DNA from: Gordius albopunctatus | Lineage: Eukaryota | Direction: 5' to 3' | Length of the DNA: 64,000 bases | Assembly (NCBI GenBank): GCA_964276515.1 | Contig: OZ193909.1 | Span: 19,034,001-19,098,000 of the forward strand | Shown: one piece after another, positions 1 through 29,752 of the stretch | Layout: every line of letters starts with the position of its first letter | Numbering within the stretch: the stretch's first letter is position 1 | Translations under genes and position numbers: made by a program | Notes under the pieces: model-generated | Databases searched by the model: none | Told to the model about the DNA's origin: nothing | Seen by the model: the letters and a program-made list of their open reading frames with translations, nothing else

Positions 1-1260
1 TTCTCCTTCCTTTGATTTAGTTTCACATTTATATCGGCGTACACCTTGTTTTTAGCTTTGGCTACGAATTTTTTGGCCGATCTTTTAGCTACTTGGTAAG
101 CTTGCTTATCATTACTATCCTTGCTTTTATACCAAACTTTGTACAATCTCTTCTTTTCCTTGATACATTTTTGCACTTCTTCCTTCCACCACCACGTTTC
201 CTTGAGAATTCTTTTAGTGGGCTTGCTTTCACCTAGTATTTGTCGTCCCGCTTTTCGCATTGTGGCAGCTATACCATTCCATTGATCCTCACATCAAGTA
301 TTTTCCTTAAATTCAGCAAGTTTAATTACTTGTTCCTGAAAATGTTGAATATTATCCTTTAATTTCCTCCATTGTATAGTAGCGACTACTCTTTGAACTT
401 TTTGCCCTTTAATATAAAGTCCATCACCAACAGCTTGTGTTGGCAGGCCAATATTTCACTCGGTATTACCTTAACATTTTGAACATACTTTAAGTGCGCT
501 CTGTTGACTAGAAAGAAATCTATCTGAGTGGTACGGCTGCCACTTTTGTACGTTATGAGATGTTCCTGTCTCTTTTTGAAGAAGGTATTTCCTATTGCTA
601 GGTCAAAAGCTTGAGCAATTTCTAGAATTTTCGTACCTCCTTCATTTCTTAGGCCGTAACCCCGACCACCGTGATTTATTTCAAATCCTCCCCTTGATTT
701 TCCCACGTGACCATTGAGGTCCGCTCCGATAATTATTAGTCCCTCTTTACCGAATTGGGATAGAACATCTTCAAGCTCCTTCCAAAAAGACTCTTTTTCC
801 GTCTGAGAGCATCCACTTTGAGGGGCGTATGCTGATATAACGTTTATCGTAGTAGATTTATAACAAAGCTGTATCGCCATAATTCTGTCATTGAATCTCT
901 TAACGTCGGCGACAGTTTGCTGACATTCTTCCGAGAGCACTATACCGACGCTATTCCGGTGAGTTTCTGTGCCGTAAAAATATAATTTGTATCCGTCCCC
1001 TATGTATTTTGCTTTTTGGCCCTTCCATTTGGTCTCTTGTATACACGCGATATCGATTTTTCTCCTCCTTAGAACGTCTGCCAATTCTCTGCTCTTGCTA
1101 GTCATTGTACCAATATTCCATGACCCAAGCTTTATCCTACGCAAACTAACGTCTTTAACCGCTTCCGTTTGTTGAGAGAGCGGTAGCCTTCGTTTATTTC
1201 CCACACATTCCAGGCGAAGAATGCGCGCGTCGCTAAGGGGGACGCCCTATGGTTTTCATT
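1..1260 (-). mobile_element. RTE-clade non-LTR retrotransposon, 5' part (AP-endonuclease domain plus linker), degenerate, in an eIF3b intron
   Basis: ORF 386..1204 has APE motifs (GSWNIGTM, IACIQETKW, SAYAPQ, GADLNGHVG, TQIDFFL). After a frameshift near 386 the reading continues with stops into the RTE-type linker (KETWWWKEEVQKCIKEKKRLYK). The RT part would lie left of the window; the 5' boundary is approximate. Confidence 0.85.
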
Positions 1261-1624
1261 CTGCGTCTTTGTTGTAGTATACATTTTGGTTTATATGGAA
1301 TGAGGGAGTATTGATATCCCGGCCTTCCAAGCCTCACGGAACTATGTTAGATTTTGGTGCTTGACTTCCTACTATTCTTTATGATGCCGTCATTTTGGTG
1401 AATTAAACTTTTCTTTAGACCAATCGTATTGAAAGGCTTAATCTAGCTCTTCCATTTCACAAAGTACTCCCTCAAAAAGCCCAGAAATTTTAGTCTGACC
1501 CTTCACCAAGAACCTTGCCAATAGGGTGACCGCATCAGTAACAAACATAAAAATTGTGTTTGGCTACCAAAGGTATAGCTTCTTGGATCACGAGAGTACA
1601 CGAGCTCAACCACCACTACAAGCT

Positions 1625-1946
1625 ATTTTGAAGTTAAATACGAACGCCATTCTAAATTTATAATGAGAAAAATTAGTGTTTTTGTGTAGATTTAAGTCTC
1701 ATCTCCCCTCGTATTAATTTATTTTTATTATTTCACCTCTATATTTAAATTAAATTCGTGCCACAACGTCTGGAAAAAGGAGTACATTAGAGAGTACATA
1801 CTACACACGCGCTGTTTCTCTCCCTTTCACATCTCCTCCACTCCTGCCCCCATATCTATCCAAGCACACATGAAGAAATCTACACAAAAACACTACGTTT
1901 TTTCATTATAAATTTAAAATGGCGTTGGTATTTAACTTCAAAATAC
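1625..1946. repeat. Palindromic MITE-like element with about 70 bp inverted arms
   Basis: tattttgaagttaaatacgaacgccattctaaatttataatg...tttgtgtagattt (1625-1693) is the imperfect reverse complement of aaatctacacaaaaacac...ttaacttcaaaata (about 1877-1946). Confidence 0.6.
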
Positions 1947-2138
1947 CTTAAAAAGGACATTTTTTACACCTTTAACCTCATTTATCGAAAAAACCGGAAG
2001 TTTTGGGGGAAAAAAAACTAAAAACATATTTGTGATCAGCCCAAAATTCTCTATCGGGATTATTGGTGCGATCGCAGGATGGAATGACAAATTCAAAATT
2101 TGTAGACCTGTGCTATCAACGTGAATATAAAATTTTAC

Positions 2139-5100
2139 TTTTAAATTCGATGCTATCTTTTGGAATTTCGGATTCGCGCATGTGGAATATTTCGAAAATG
2201 TGGGATATGCCCTAAAATATTCAATAAAAATAGATTAGAGACAAACTAAGCGTTCACAGAAATAACAATCATTACAAAGAAACTGAACAAATGATATAAC
2301 AACCTTTTAAATAAAATTTATGGGATCTAATGACGTTAATTACTCCCCATTCTCCCAAAAAATCTTTCTTAGATTTGATCATGGTTGTGGCCATGGGTGC
2401 AGGCAGGATTTGTGAATTAGAGGGAAAGGCATTATTAATTTGGGGAGGGGCAAAATGATCCCCTTTCGAAACTTTAGTCGAAATAATTATAGAAATTCCA
2501 AAAGTTTTTTTTGATTCAGAGGAGGGAAGCGGTACGCCCCTTCTTCTGGGTCACACGATAAATATCGCTCACAAAAAGCGGGCGGGTCATTAATGTTTTG
2601 ACCAAGGTGGAGAGTAGCCTTCTTGAAATGCGCTTGGCAACAGCAAGATAAAAAGTGGACTTGGAGGCTCGACACTTATTTCTCAAAGGGCATGATAGGA
2701 TCAACAAAATCTCCAGGCTTTGATCACCGTTTTAAAGGTTTCATAGATTATTTCTAAGCCTAGTCGAAATTCGAAAACAGGCCTGAAGGGGGGGGGGGAT
2801 ACTGACGTATGCTTCAAGCAAACCTGATATCGAACTCCCTCCTTGTCAACTTTCTTCTTGGCGTATCGGTCAACTTTTAGAGCCAGGTAGTCGCCTTGCT
2901 TGTGCCAGGCCATCCGACAATCTATGGTGGCACCGAGGTTGGAAGGTGGTCTCAGTTCTTTCTTGGAGGGCATGCTCACTATGAATACCTTGGCTGGGAT
3001 GTCTTTGTCTTCCGAGACCCAATAAGCCATAACGCTGGTCGCGGGGGACCATTCGAAATTGCTGGGGAACAGATGGGGATATAAACGATTTACATCATAT
3101 AGGCATTCTAGTAATTGTAGTACTTATACTTTTTTCATTCATAACTGATAATATTAAAAGTTAATTATTTTTCATTCTTATACACCCCCCCTCTTAAATA
3201 CCGTTTTATAACGAGCCCTTTTAGGATGGGTAAGTTGATTAAAATCCTGCTATAATTTCATATGTTTTTAATATGGTAAAATCGGTAGCAGCTAATCCAC
3301 CATTCTGAATTTTCAATTTAGTGCCGCCATCTGCAGTTTATTAAATACTCATTTACTAACATTCTTATTTATTTATTAAACTAATGAGAAGGGTAAATTT
3401 AATTTTCTGTTTCGATGAGGAACACCGCAGAAAGGCGTGGGAGATAGTGAACAGAGACCAGAAATGCCCGGCCCGCTGCCCGGCCCACGGGCCGGACTAC
3501 TGCCTTAAATTTTAATTTTCGTGCGGGCCCGGGGGGGGGGGGGCACGCTGATAAGATTCGGGCAATTCGGGCATGCCGAAAATTTTATCAAATTAATTTT
3601 CCTTGGAAAAATAAAAATTCGGTTATTAACAATTTTGGGCCATAATAAATTCGACTAGATTTTTTTCCATCGCTTAAATATTCATTGTACGTTTATATAA
3701 TGTCCTAATTTCAATTTCTTCAAAATTGAATTTTTTGTCTCAAGATCAAAAATTTTTAATTTTCAGATTATATTATAAAAGAATAAAATCACAACGATTT
3801 AAACTGCCATGGGCGTAGACAAGGGGGGGGGGCAGCTGCCCCCCTCTAAACTCAAAAATTTGTTAAAATGTATTAAAATTATGGGGCTAAATTTTCGAAA
3901 AAATGATCATTTTGCCCCTCCCCCTAAATCATTATTGCCCCCCTCTAATTTTAATGCTGGCTACGCCCATGTAAACTTCTACTCTAATACTATGGAAGAA
4001 ACCATTTTACTCTCTAGGTAAATTATTTTACTACATTTTTATCGCATTCAGTTAAATCTTTGCCCTACTCCATTATGGAAAGGATTGGATTATTTATATT
4101 TATGTAGTAGCCAAAGTCATTTCATTGTTCGCAATACACTACACATGTGTGCCGTCTAGACTTAAAACAAAGGCACATGCCATTTTCTAACAATGGCCAT
4201 AATTGTAATTCATTTAATTTCTTAATAACTAAAAAAACATGATGGAAAAATAAAGCAAACAAGTGACATTAAAGTTATTAAAAATTATAACTATTTTAGG
4301 TATCCTAAATTATCAAGGTTTACAAAAATACTCTTTGCCATCGCGGCGACGAGTGCTGCTAGTGAAAGAAGTTTTTAGATGGGTTCGGGCGGGCCCGGGT
4401 GGGCAATGAAGGTAAAAAATTCAGTCGGGCCGGGTTCGGGCAGAAAATTTCCAACAAATCTGACCTCTGATAGTGAATCCAAAATGGTGGATTTTATGAT
4501 ACACATTGTACCATATGATATTTATGACATGAGCAGTCAGTCAGCAGTGTATGTAGTAGTCTATGATCTTGAGCCATTTAAAGAGCAACGTAATAATAGA
4601 TTTCACCCCCCTTTCACCAGCTCCTACAAGATGGATTCAACGATTGGATAATATAAAATTATCGAGGAATAATTGGCTTTTGTTCCCAAAACAGGGCGGA
4701 TTCGACTAAACGTAAACAGACCGACGGTTCCTTAGTGTCTCTTTCTCTTAACCGGCCTTTCCTAAGTTTTGTCCCCAAATTCGGAATAGAGACAAAACCC
4801 CGAGTCTATCAAACACAACCCGTCTCGTCTCGTATGTTCCCCCCTCCCAAAAAAAAATATAGTATAGAACGAGCTATAAAAAGAACCGGAAAGAGGAAAT
4901 GTGTAAGTAAATGAGATGAGTAGTATGCATGTATGTATGTAGTCGTCGTCTTACACCAAGTTCTTGATTTTGATGTGCGTTTTGTCGAGTAGCGCGAACG
5001 TCTATAAAATTCGATATAATTAGTAAAATGCGTTAAACAATGTGCAAATTATAAAATTGAATAAAAGAACATTAGCCAACCGGCCCAAGTTTTAACGAGA

Positions 5101-8100
5101 CAAGTTAAAAAAATCGAATTCGCCGGTCAAGCGTCGAGGCGTAAATAAACTCTTTTTTGTAGCGGGCTCTGAAACCTTTGATTCAAACAAAGGAAACTCA
5201 ATGGTTTTTTGATTTTTTTCTCACATAAAATCATAACTAATATTCATGGCAATTCTAATTAAATTCTGGGGTAAATATTTATTAGAAAAAAAAACAAGGG
5301 TAATTATAAAAGTTTTGGATCAAATTGATTCAAATTACTAATGTCCGGTTTACATCGAATTTTTACAGACAATATGGTCTAAAAAACGAATCAGAGTTAG
5401 GATGACTCTTTCTCAAGCCATACAATAGCGGAGCTTTAGGCAGTACCAATTCATTTTTATCAAACTCATATTAACTGCTCTGCAATTTATCGGCTCGTTT
5501 TGCGTTGTCCATCCCTCCTGTCCAACTTGTCACTTTATAATTATTTTAACGTTTTTACGGTTAATATTATCGACAATTTTTAGAATTTTTAACACAAATT
5601 AATGACAAAAAGGTATATATCCAATAAATATTTGCGAATTTGAGGAGCATACCTGACTCTCGTAGATACTCAAGGTGTCCAAGGCTGAAATTCTAGCAAA
5701 GTAGGAACCGTCGTGACTCCACCTAAAGGATTATTATATATATATTTTTTTTTAAAACAAATATCTAAAACAATATTTGCGCACTTCAGAAAATATCCAA
5801 ATAAATTATTAATTCATAAATTGTACTTTGCAAAAATAAAGAAGAAATATTTAGTTTTTGAGGCTGATGGTCGTGAGACAACTTTGAAAGGTTTTACGCT
5901 TACGACCAAGTTGAACAACCCACAGTAGAAGCATAAAATAAAATCGAGACCACAAAGAGACAGCCACGTAAAACCCATAAGAATTCCATAAAATTTGGTG
6001 GAAATGTTAAAAATAGCCAAAATTATTAATTTCCGAAAAGTTATGGTCATTCAACCACTACTTTTCGGGTTGAGGAAGCTTCAAAGCTCGAAAATCGACC
6101 TTCTAAAAAATCGGTTCGTGACGCTAAATTCCACAAAATTTATGCAAGTTGTGGGCTCCAATCGGGGACAGACTCCGGTCTGTTTTTCAAATTTCGACCG
6201 AGTTCATTGGTCGAAATTTGAAAAACAGACCAAACAAACCAAAACCGAGCCGTTTTTACGACTCGAGGCTCGACTGGCATATGCGAGGCGGATCCAATCT
6301 CCAAACATTATATTAGGGGGATTTCAAGGGATTGTAGAGGGAGGGAGGGAAAAAGCTTTAAAACCTGAGTTAAAAAAGTTTTGAGGCGCCTTTACAGCCC
6401 TTCAAACTGGCTTAAAAAGAATCAGATTTACTTGAAAGGGGGCCACACCGGGTGCCCATGGATGAGGAAGGAATTGTATTGGAAAATCCTCTTTTGCCCG
6501 CCGGAAATAACTTCCCAAATTATGATGGGCTCTCCTATGGAAGTCATTTTGGAGCTGAACGTAACTAGGTATCTAAGGGAGTAAAAGATAAAAAAAAATA
6601 TAAGTAGAAGTATTACGTGTCATTAGATCTCATGGGCGTGGCCGGGGGGGGGGTCTAAATCCAAAACTTTTTTGAAATTCATGCAAATTATGGCTAAAAT
6701 TGCAATCAAATATTCATTCCCCCCTCCCTCTAATTCCAATGCTAAATACGGCCACGTTAGATCCTCAAAGTCCTTCTTAAAAGTATGCGATGCCGATTAT
6801 AAGTCATGTGCAATTAGCGACAACATCCTTAACTGTTTTTCAATTAATCTCACATTTTAACAAATGTTTGCAAAAAGGGAAGTATGAAATCCAATTTATA
6901 ATGTACGTGATCGTAGCAGGATTAATGATCTAGGTGTTCACAAACTGACCCCCATCTCAGCCCAAATTTGTAAAGTATTATAAATTGAAAACTAAACTCC
7001 GTTCATATCACGTTTACTTTGTCAAGCGGCTAGGTGTAGTTTGCTGGATCTTTGGTTTAACTAAAACGATTGGTCAACTCAGGTCTGTTTGTCAAATTTG
7101 GACCGAGTCCATTGGTCAAGTAAGAAAAGCAGACCAAAAAATCGTTGTGGACATAGTCCAGCATGGGTGCAGCCAGGAGTGGATTCAGGGGGGGGGGGCG
7201 AAGTGATAATTTTTAGTGCCTTTAACCCTCGAGAGAATTCCTGAAAATCCGGAATGCGAGAGCATTCGTGGGGTATATTTGACCCCATTTTTTAACTTCT
7301 TATAAATTTTTAAGCATTTTTTTTAACCTTTCAAATTTTAAACATGTGTTTATAAAGGTCTTAAGATTGATTGTATAAATTTTGATATGAATCTAATCAA
7401 CATTACAAAACTTATTAACGATATTCTGGACCCCCATTTTTATTTTGACTATTTTAGAGTTTTACCTCATTTTACCTCTTGACATCATATACCTTAAAAT
7501 AAATCAAAATAAACGTGATTTTTTATTAAAAGAATGTTCAAAATGTATTCAAAACACAAATTGTAAAGGATATCATCAAACGACAAAAAAAAAATACATA
7601 CATTTTTCCCAACAGAAAAAAACTTACGTGAGAGCATTCGTGGGGTACACAGGACCCCTGTGGCCAAAAAGATGCTATATTTTAAAAAGTAGTGGGCCAA
7701 AAGTTATAAAATTTTCCTCAAACTTAGTTGTTGGTAAAATATTAGGCTACTGAGAAGGCCATATCAATTCGCTTTTAAACGCGTTTTATATTTAGGTTTA
7801 TAACTATAGTGGCGTCCGTGGTACCCCACGAATGCTCTCCAGGGTTAATAAATTGTTGAGAGGGGGAGCCACCCCTCCCTGCCGACCCTGGCTATGCCCA
7901 TGTAGTCGAGACTGCATTCAAAAGGGATTATAATCTAGAGTAATGATTTAAAGTAAAACACTATAATAAAATTGTTTATTCTAATCGAGAAGATTTTTTT
8001 AGAATAATTTAAAAGACAGTTACATATTTATTGAAAACAAATTTTGGGCATACATAACCTTAGGGAATAAAATAAGGCCATTGAAATAAGCTTACCTTAC

Positions 8101-9538
8101 CTAAGATAAATAAATAAATTTTGCTTAAAATAAAAGTCACAATATTATATATAGGAAAATATATATCTATCCTATTAAATATTCTACTTCTTCAATGTAA
8201 GTTAGTGATATAAATTTACTTTTCACATGGTGAAAACTCAAAATATTCCACTTTGGGATGATTGTACGATTTGATTTTTTCAAATTTTTGTGTTCCCCAC
8301 AAGGCTACACCCTTCTCATGGTATGTCGCTAAATATGTGCCTTTTGGAGACCAAACTGCTTGTTTATCTGTCCATTTCTAAAATATTGTTCAAATTAAGA
8401 TATATAATAATTTGATAATAAGAAAATGTATATTAAATTGATTTAAATTTTTTAGTAAACTTAGACAAACATATTGCTTTATTAATAACACTTATTTGTG
8501 CATTTTTGTATATTTACATGTTAGATTTCTATCCCATTCCTCTAAAATTATAAATAATTGAAGGTTTAATCTTAATCATATGATACTAAAAGATATAACA
8601 AAAGTTGATTGTTAAGCCACAATAAAAAAACATTAGATTTTTTAGGTCTATATTGATGATAAAATAATATATCTTACAATGAATAAGCAAAATATATGAA
8701 TGCATTAAAATAATATTAATAACCTCTTTTTGTTCAATTAATTCTGGAGCAGTTGGCACATTTAAATAGATTGATAAATAATGATCTGGTTGAGATAATA
8801 CAAGAAATTGATCATAGCCATCAGGTTGAAGTAACCATTCATACAAGTTTGGCTATAGAATAAAATAATTAATTATTTATTTTTAAAAAAACTAGATTTT
8901 ACTATTTCTTTGTATGTTGAAGGTTGAACGGGCTTAGCTCTCTCTTCACATTTTTCAAATCTTAAAAATTTATATAAATTAAGTTATAACTACTTTTCAA
9001 CATCACTAATGTGATTAACGATGAGGGTATGCGATTTATCAATGTGATGGCCATTATATTTTGCTACAGTTTTGTAGGCAGAATCTTTATTTGAAAACTC
9101 GACAAATATATACCTAATTATAGATATATGCAGAAACAAGATTTAATTACCCTTTGGTCATACCATCCTCTGCTTGGGGATAAGATTCGTTGATAATTTC
9201 TCCCATTGGTGACAATAATTTACGAAAGTGATTTTTTAACTTTTCTAATCTATCAGGACCAACGATTGGTGTATTGTCAATAATAACTACATTATCAAAA
9301 GTCTGGGGAGGTAGAGGTTTATTTGCAATGATATCTTGCAATAGCTCTGGAAATTTATTTTAAGAAATGACTTTATATATTTACCTTCATCTTCAATTTC
9401 ATCAACATAGTTTTCATCGTCGCTATAGAATTCATTATTAATTCCATTTTCTTTAATTTCTCCTATATCCTCCAAGTCCTCATATTGATTAGATTTTGGT
9501 AGGCTAGCTTGAAAAGATGAAAATTTTTCGATGACCAT
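2139..9538 (-). CDS. EIF3B: Eukaryotic translation initiation factor 3 subunit B (eIF3b/PRT1), 5' 11 exons; gene continues beyond the left edge
   Basis: Phase-consistent GT-AG exons: 9538-9385, 9346-9151, 9113-8994, 8960-8903, 8852-8724, 8377-8220, 6572-6432, 5722-5653, 5001-4955, 3061-2824, 2211-2139. They translate to an RRM (VVIIDNTPIVGPDRLEKLK...TKGYIFVEF) and WD40 motifs WSPKGTYLATYHEKGVALWG, FSPCEKYLVTFS, WSHDGSYFAR, FEWSP...MAYWVSEDKDIPAKV, WHKQGDYLALKVDRY, FEIFHMRE. Confidence 0.95.
3452..4469 (+). mobile_element. Internally deleted hAT DNA transposon with a transposase C-terminal remnant
   Basis: Termini CAGAGACCAGA...TCTGACCTCTG; perfect 8-bp TSD ATAGTGAA (3444-3451 and 4470-4477). 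4301-4375 translates YPKLSRFTKILFAIAATSAASERSF, the hAT dimerisation motif. Confidence 0.85.
3808..3971. mobile_element. CATGGGCGTAG-family MITE (hAT-like), nested in the hAT element; representative of a high-copy family
   Basis: TIR CATGGGCGTAG...CTACGCCCATG, flanks taaactgc/taaacttc. Related copies near 2392, 6631, 7162, 14849, 17150, 18660, 22528, 25290, 28224, 28524, 39980, 40286, 44290 and 51444. Confidence 0.75.
7162..7902. mobile_element. CATGGG-family MITE carrying a nested piggyBac MITE
   Basis: Ends CATGGGTGCAGCCAGG...CCTGGCTATGCCCATG; 8-bp flanks tagtccag (7154-7161) and tagtcgag (7903-7910). Confidence 0.75.
7226..7844. mobile_element. Non-autonomous piggyBac-type MITE
   Basis: TTAA|CCCTCGAGAGAATTC...GAATGCTCTCCAGGG|TTAA; internal repeats gagagcattcgtggggta. 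Confidence 0.8.
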
Positions 9539-10926
9539 GCTTCCCTAGCAATATAAATTTGCTGCAATTCACAAATCAGCCATTAAATAAATGCACGCGT
9601 CGAAAATATTAATTAAATAAATTCTCAGCTGCTAAACTATAGATCTTACCTAGACTTTGACTCTCGAATAAATTTGGAGTAGTTATTGCTTGCCCAAATA
9701 ATAAAAATTATAATATACAGGACTTTAAAAAGGATAAATAATTACAGCCTTAGATAAAAAAAGAGTGAATATGAATCCTGAATAAGTAGAAATACAAGTT
9801 GTTCATCATGCCAATAAAATTTAGTAGATATTAATCTGATTCATATGCTAATTGTATTAACTAAAAAATTAAAAAGAGGCTCTTAATTTTTCTATACCGT
9901 ACTAAACTTTTTAATTTTCTAAATTTTATAGACAATTTTTCTATTCTTTACCGTACTAAACTTTTTAATTTTCTAAATTTTATAGACAGTTTTTCTAAGT
10001 TTTTAGCTATACACATACTTTAAATTTTTGTCATGCAATAAAAACTGCTAATTTAGTTGCTAAGATTTTCCCATAGCTCAAAAACTCTCAAAAGTAATAA
10101 TGGGATGTTTTTAATTATGAAACTTTATTATTTATAATAGATAATTATTTAGAATATAGCATTTAATAAAATTATCCATTATGGTAATCATTAAAAACAT
10201 TAATTTTTAGTATATGGTAAATTTTATAAAAGTTCCATTTATTTTAAGCTACTTTTCTAGAGGGATTAGATAGGGAAGATAATGCAGCTTAAAGATTTTA
10301 CTATTTATTTGCAATTTTTTGATTTAACTTGTGAAATTTCTTGTTACAACTTTTAAACTGGGTTCTAACAAGACCCAAATTGACCTAATTTTTATTTCCG
10401 AGTGATTTTATCGGTTAAATTATTAGTATGCAAAATGGATCTTTTTAATTAAAAATTAAATTGACTTAGTAGTTTTGTAATCATATATCTAATGCTTTTA
10501 CATGCCATTAAACAGATATAATTGTTATAATATAAACATGATAACTTTAGTCGAAAGTGAGCACATAAATTGCATAGCAATTTTATATAGAAATTCTAAA
10601 CTAGACATCCTATAATTTGAGTTAATTGCTTGCATAAAATACCAGAAAGTAGTTTCTTAAAGTTTTTTTAAGGTTTAAAAAGTTTATTTTCACGAAACAA
10701 AGTTACATACATAAGTGTAATACAAAAATAAAGACATATTGGTTATTTTACAGTGATTAAGTTTAAAAATTTAGAAAAGATGTGAATTTTAAAGTTACTA
10801 ATTAATAGTTCTAAATTAAAGAAATCTTTGTTATGTCAAGAGATTTAACAAGTGTTTTAAAATACATTGCAATTTTTCTTGATTTTGTTATTTTTAATAA
10901 TATTCGCTTTGTATTGAAATCGATTT

Positions 10927-11219
10927 TGATGGTAGCTGTAATCCAAATTAATTAGTGTAATTAAAGTAAGAATTTACTTTATTTAATACTAAAGAAAAGG
11001 GGAAACGAAAAAGAGTTCGTAAGTTAGTAAGAAGTGTTTTAAACTCCTTTATATAATCGCGGATTAATTGAATAAATCAATTAAATTTAGTGGTGAATCT
11101 GCGAGGTATATTTTATTGGTCAATTAGCGTCGCGAAGCTAAGGTCATGTAAATGAGTCAATTAAGTTTCAAATCAATTAAGGCAACGTATAAGTAAATTC
11201 GTACTTTATGTACAATACA
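10927..11219 (-). mobile_element. Diverged solo LTR related to the LTRs at 15784 and 16590
   Basis: The reverse complement of about 11045-11140 (tcgcgacgctaattgaccaat...cactaaatttaattgatttattcaattaatccgcgattatataaa) matches the LTR core tcgcgacgttaattgaccaat...cactaaatttaattgtttattcaattaatgcgcgattatataaa. Boundaries are approximate. Confidence 0.6.
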
Positions 11220-11715
11220 ATTATAATTTTATCCTATATGTATTGCGTCAACAGAATTCTGGTATTAGTTTAAACTTCTTAAAAATCAGGTCAGTTTGAA
11301 TTTATGAATAAATATATATTAATGGTCAGATAGTCAAGTAAAAGCCTTTATAATAAACAAGGTTAGTAAATAGCCAATTATTAAAATAATCTTAATTGTA
11401 AACCTTTATTGGACCATCAAATAATTTAGCAATATTATATTATCTAGTAATAAAAACAATCTTATTGTTATATAAATATGTTTAGAGTAACGAAACATTA
11501 CATATAAATTTTGTTAAAAACTGTTATGATTACGAGTGATAGACAATAAATGCATTGTAGACATATTAAAATATGTAGGTAGATCCGGTATAACAGTATA
11601 AGAAAAGAGAAAATGTTCACCAGTATTGATTATAATTCATGTACGGTAACGAATTTGCATTATAATTGCACTTGATATAATATATGTTTATAATTTGCAT
11701 TGCTTGATTGTTTAA

Positions 11716-29752
<18,037 letters not shown>

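Noticed and set aside
9895..9988. 40-bp direct repeat upstream of eIF3b
   Set aside because: Simple two-copy local duplication; not a CRISPR array or a recognisable regulatory element.
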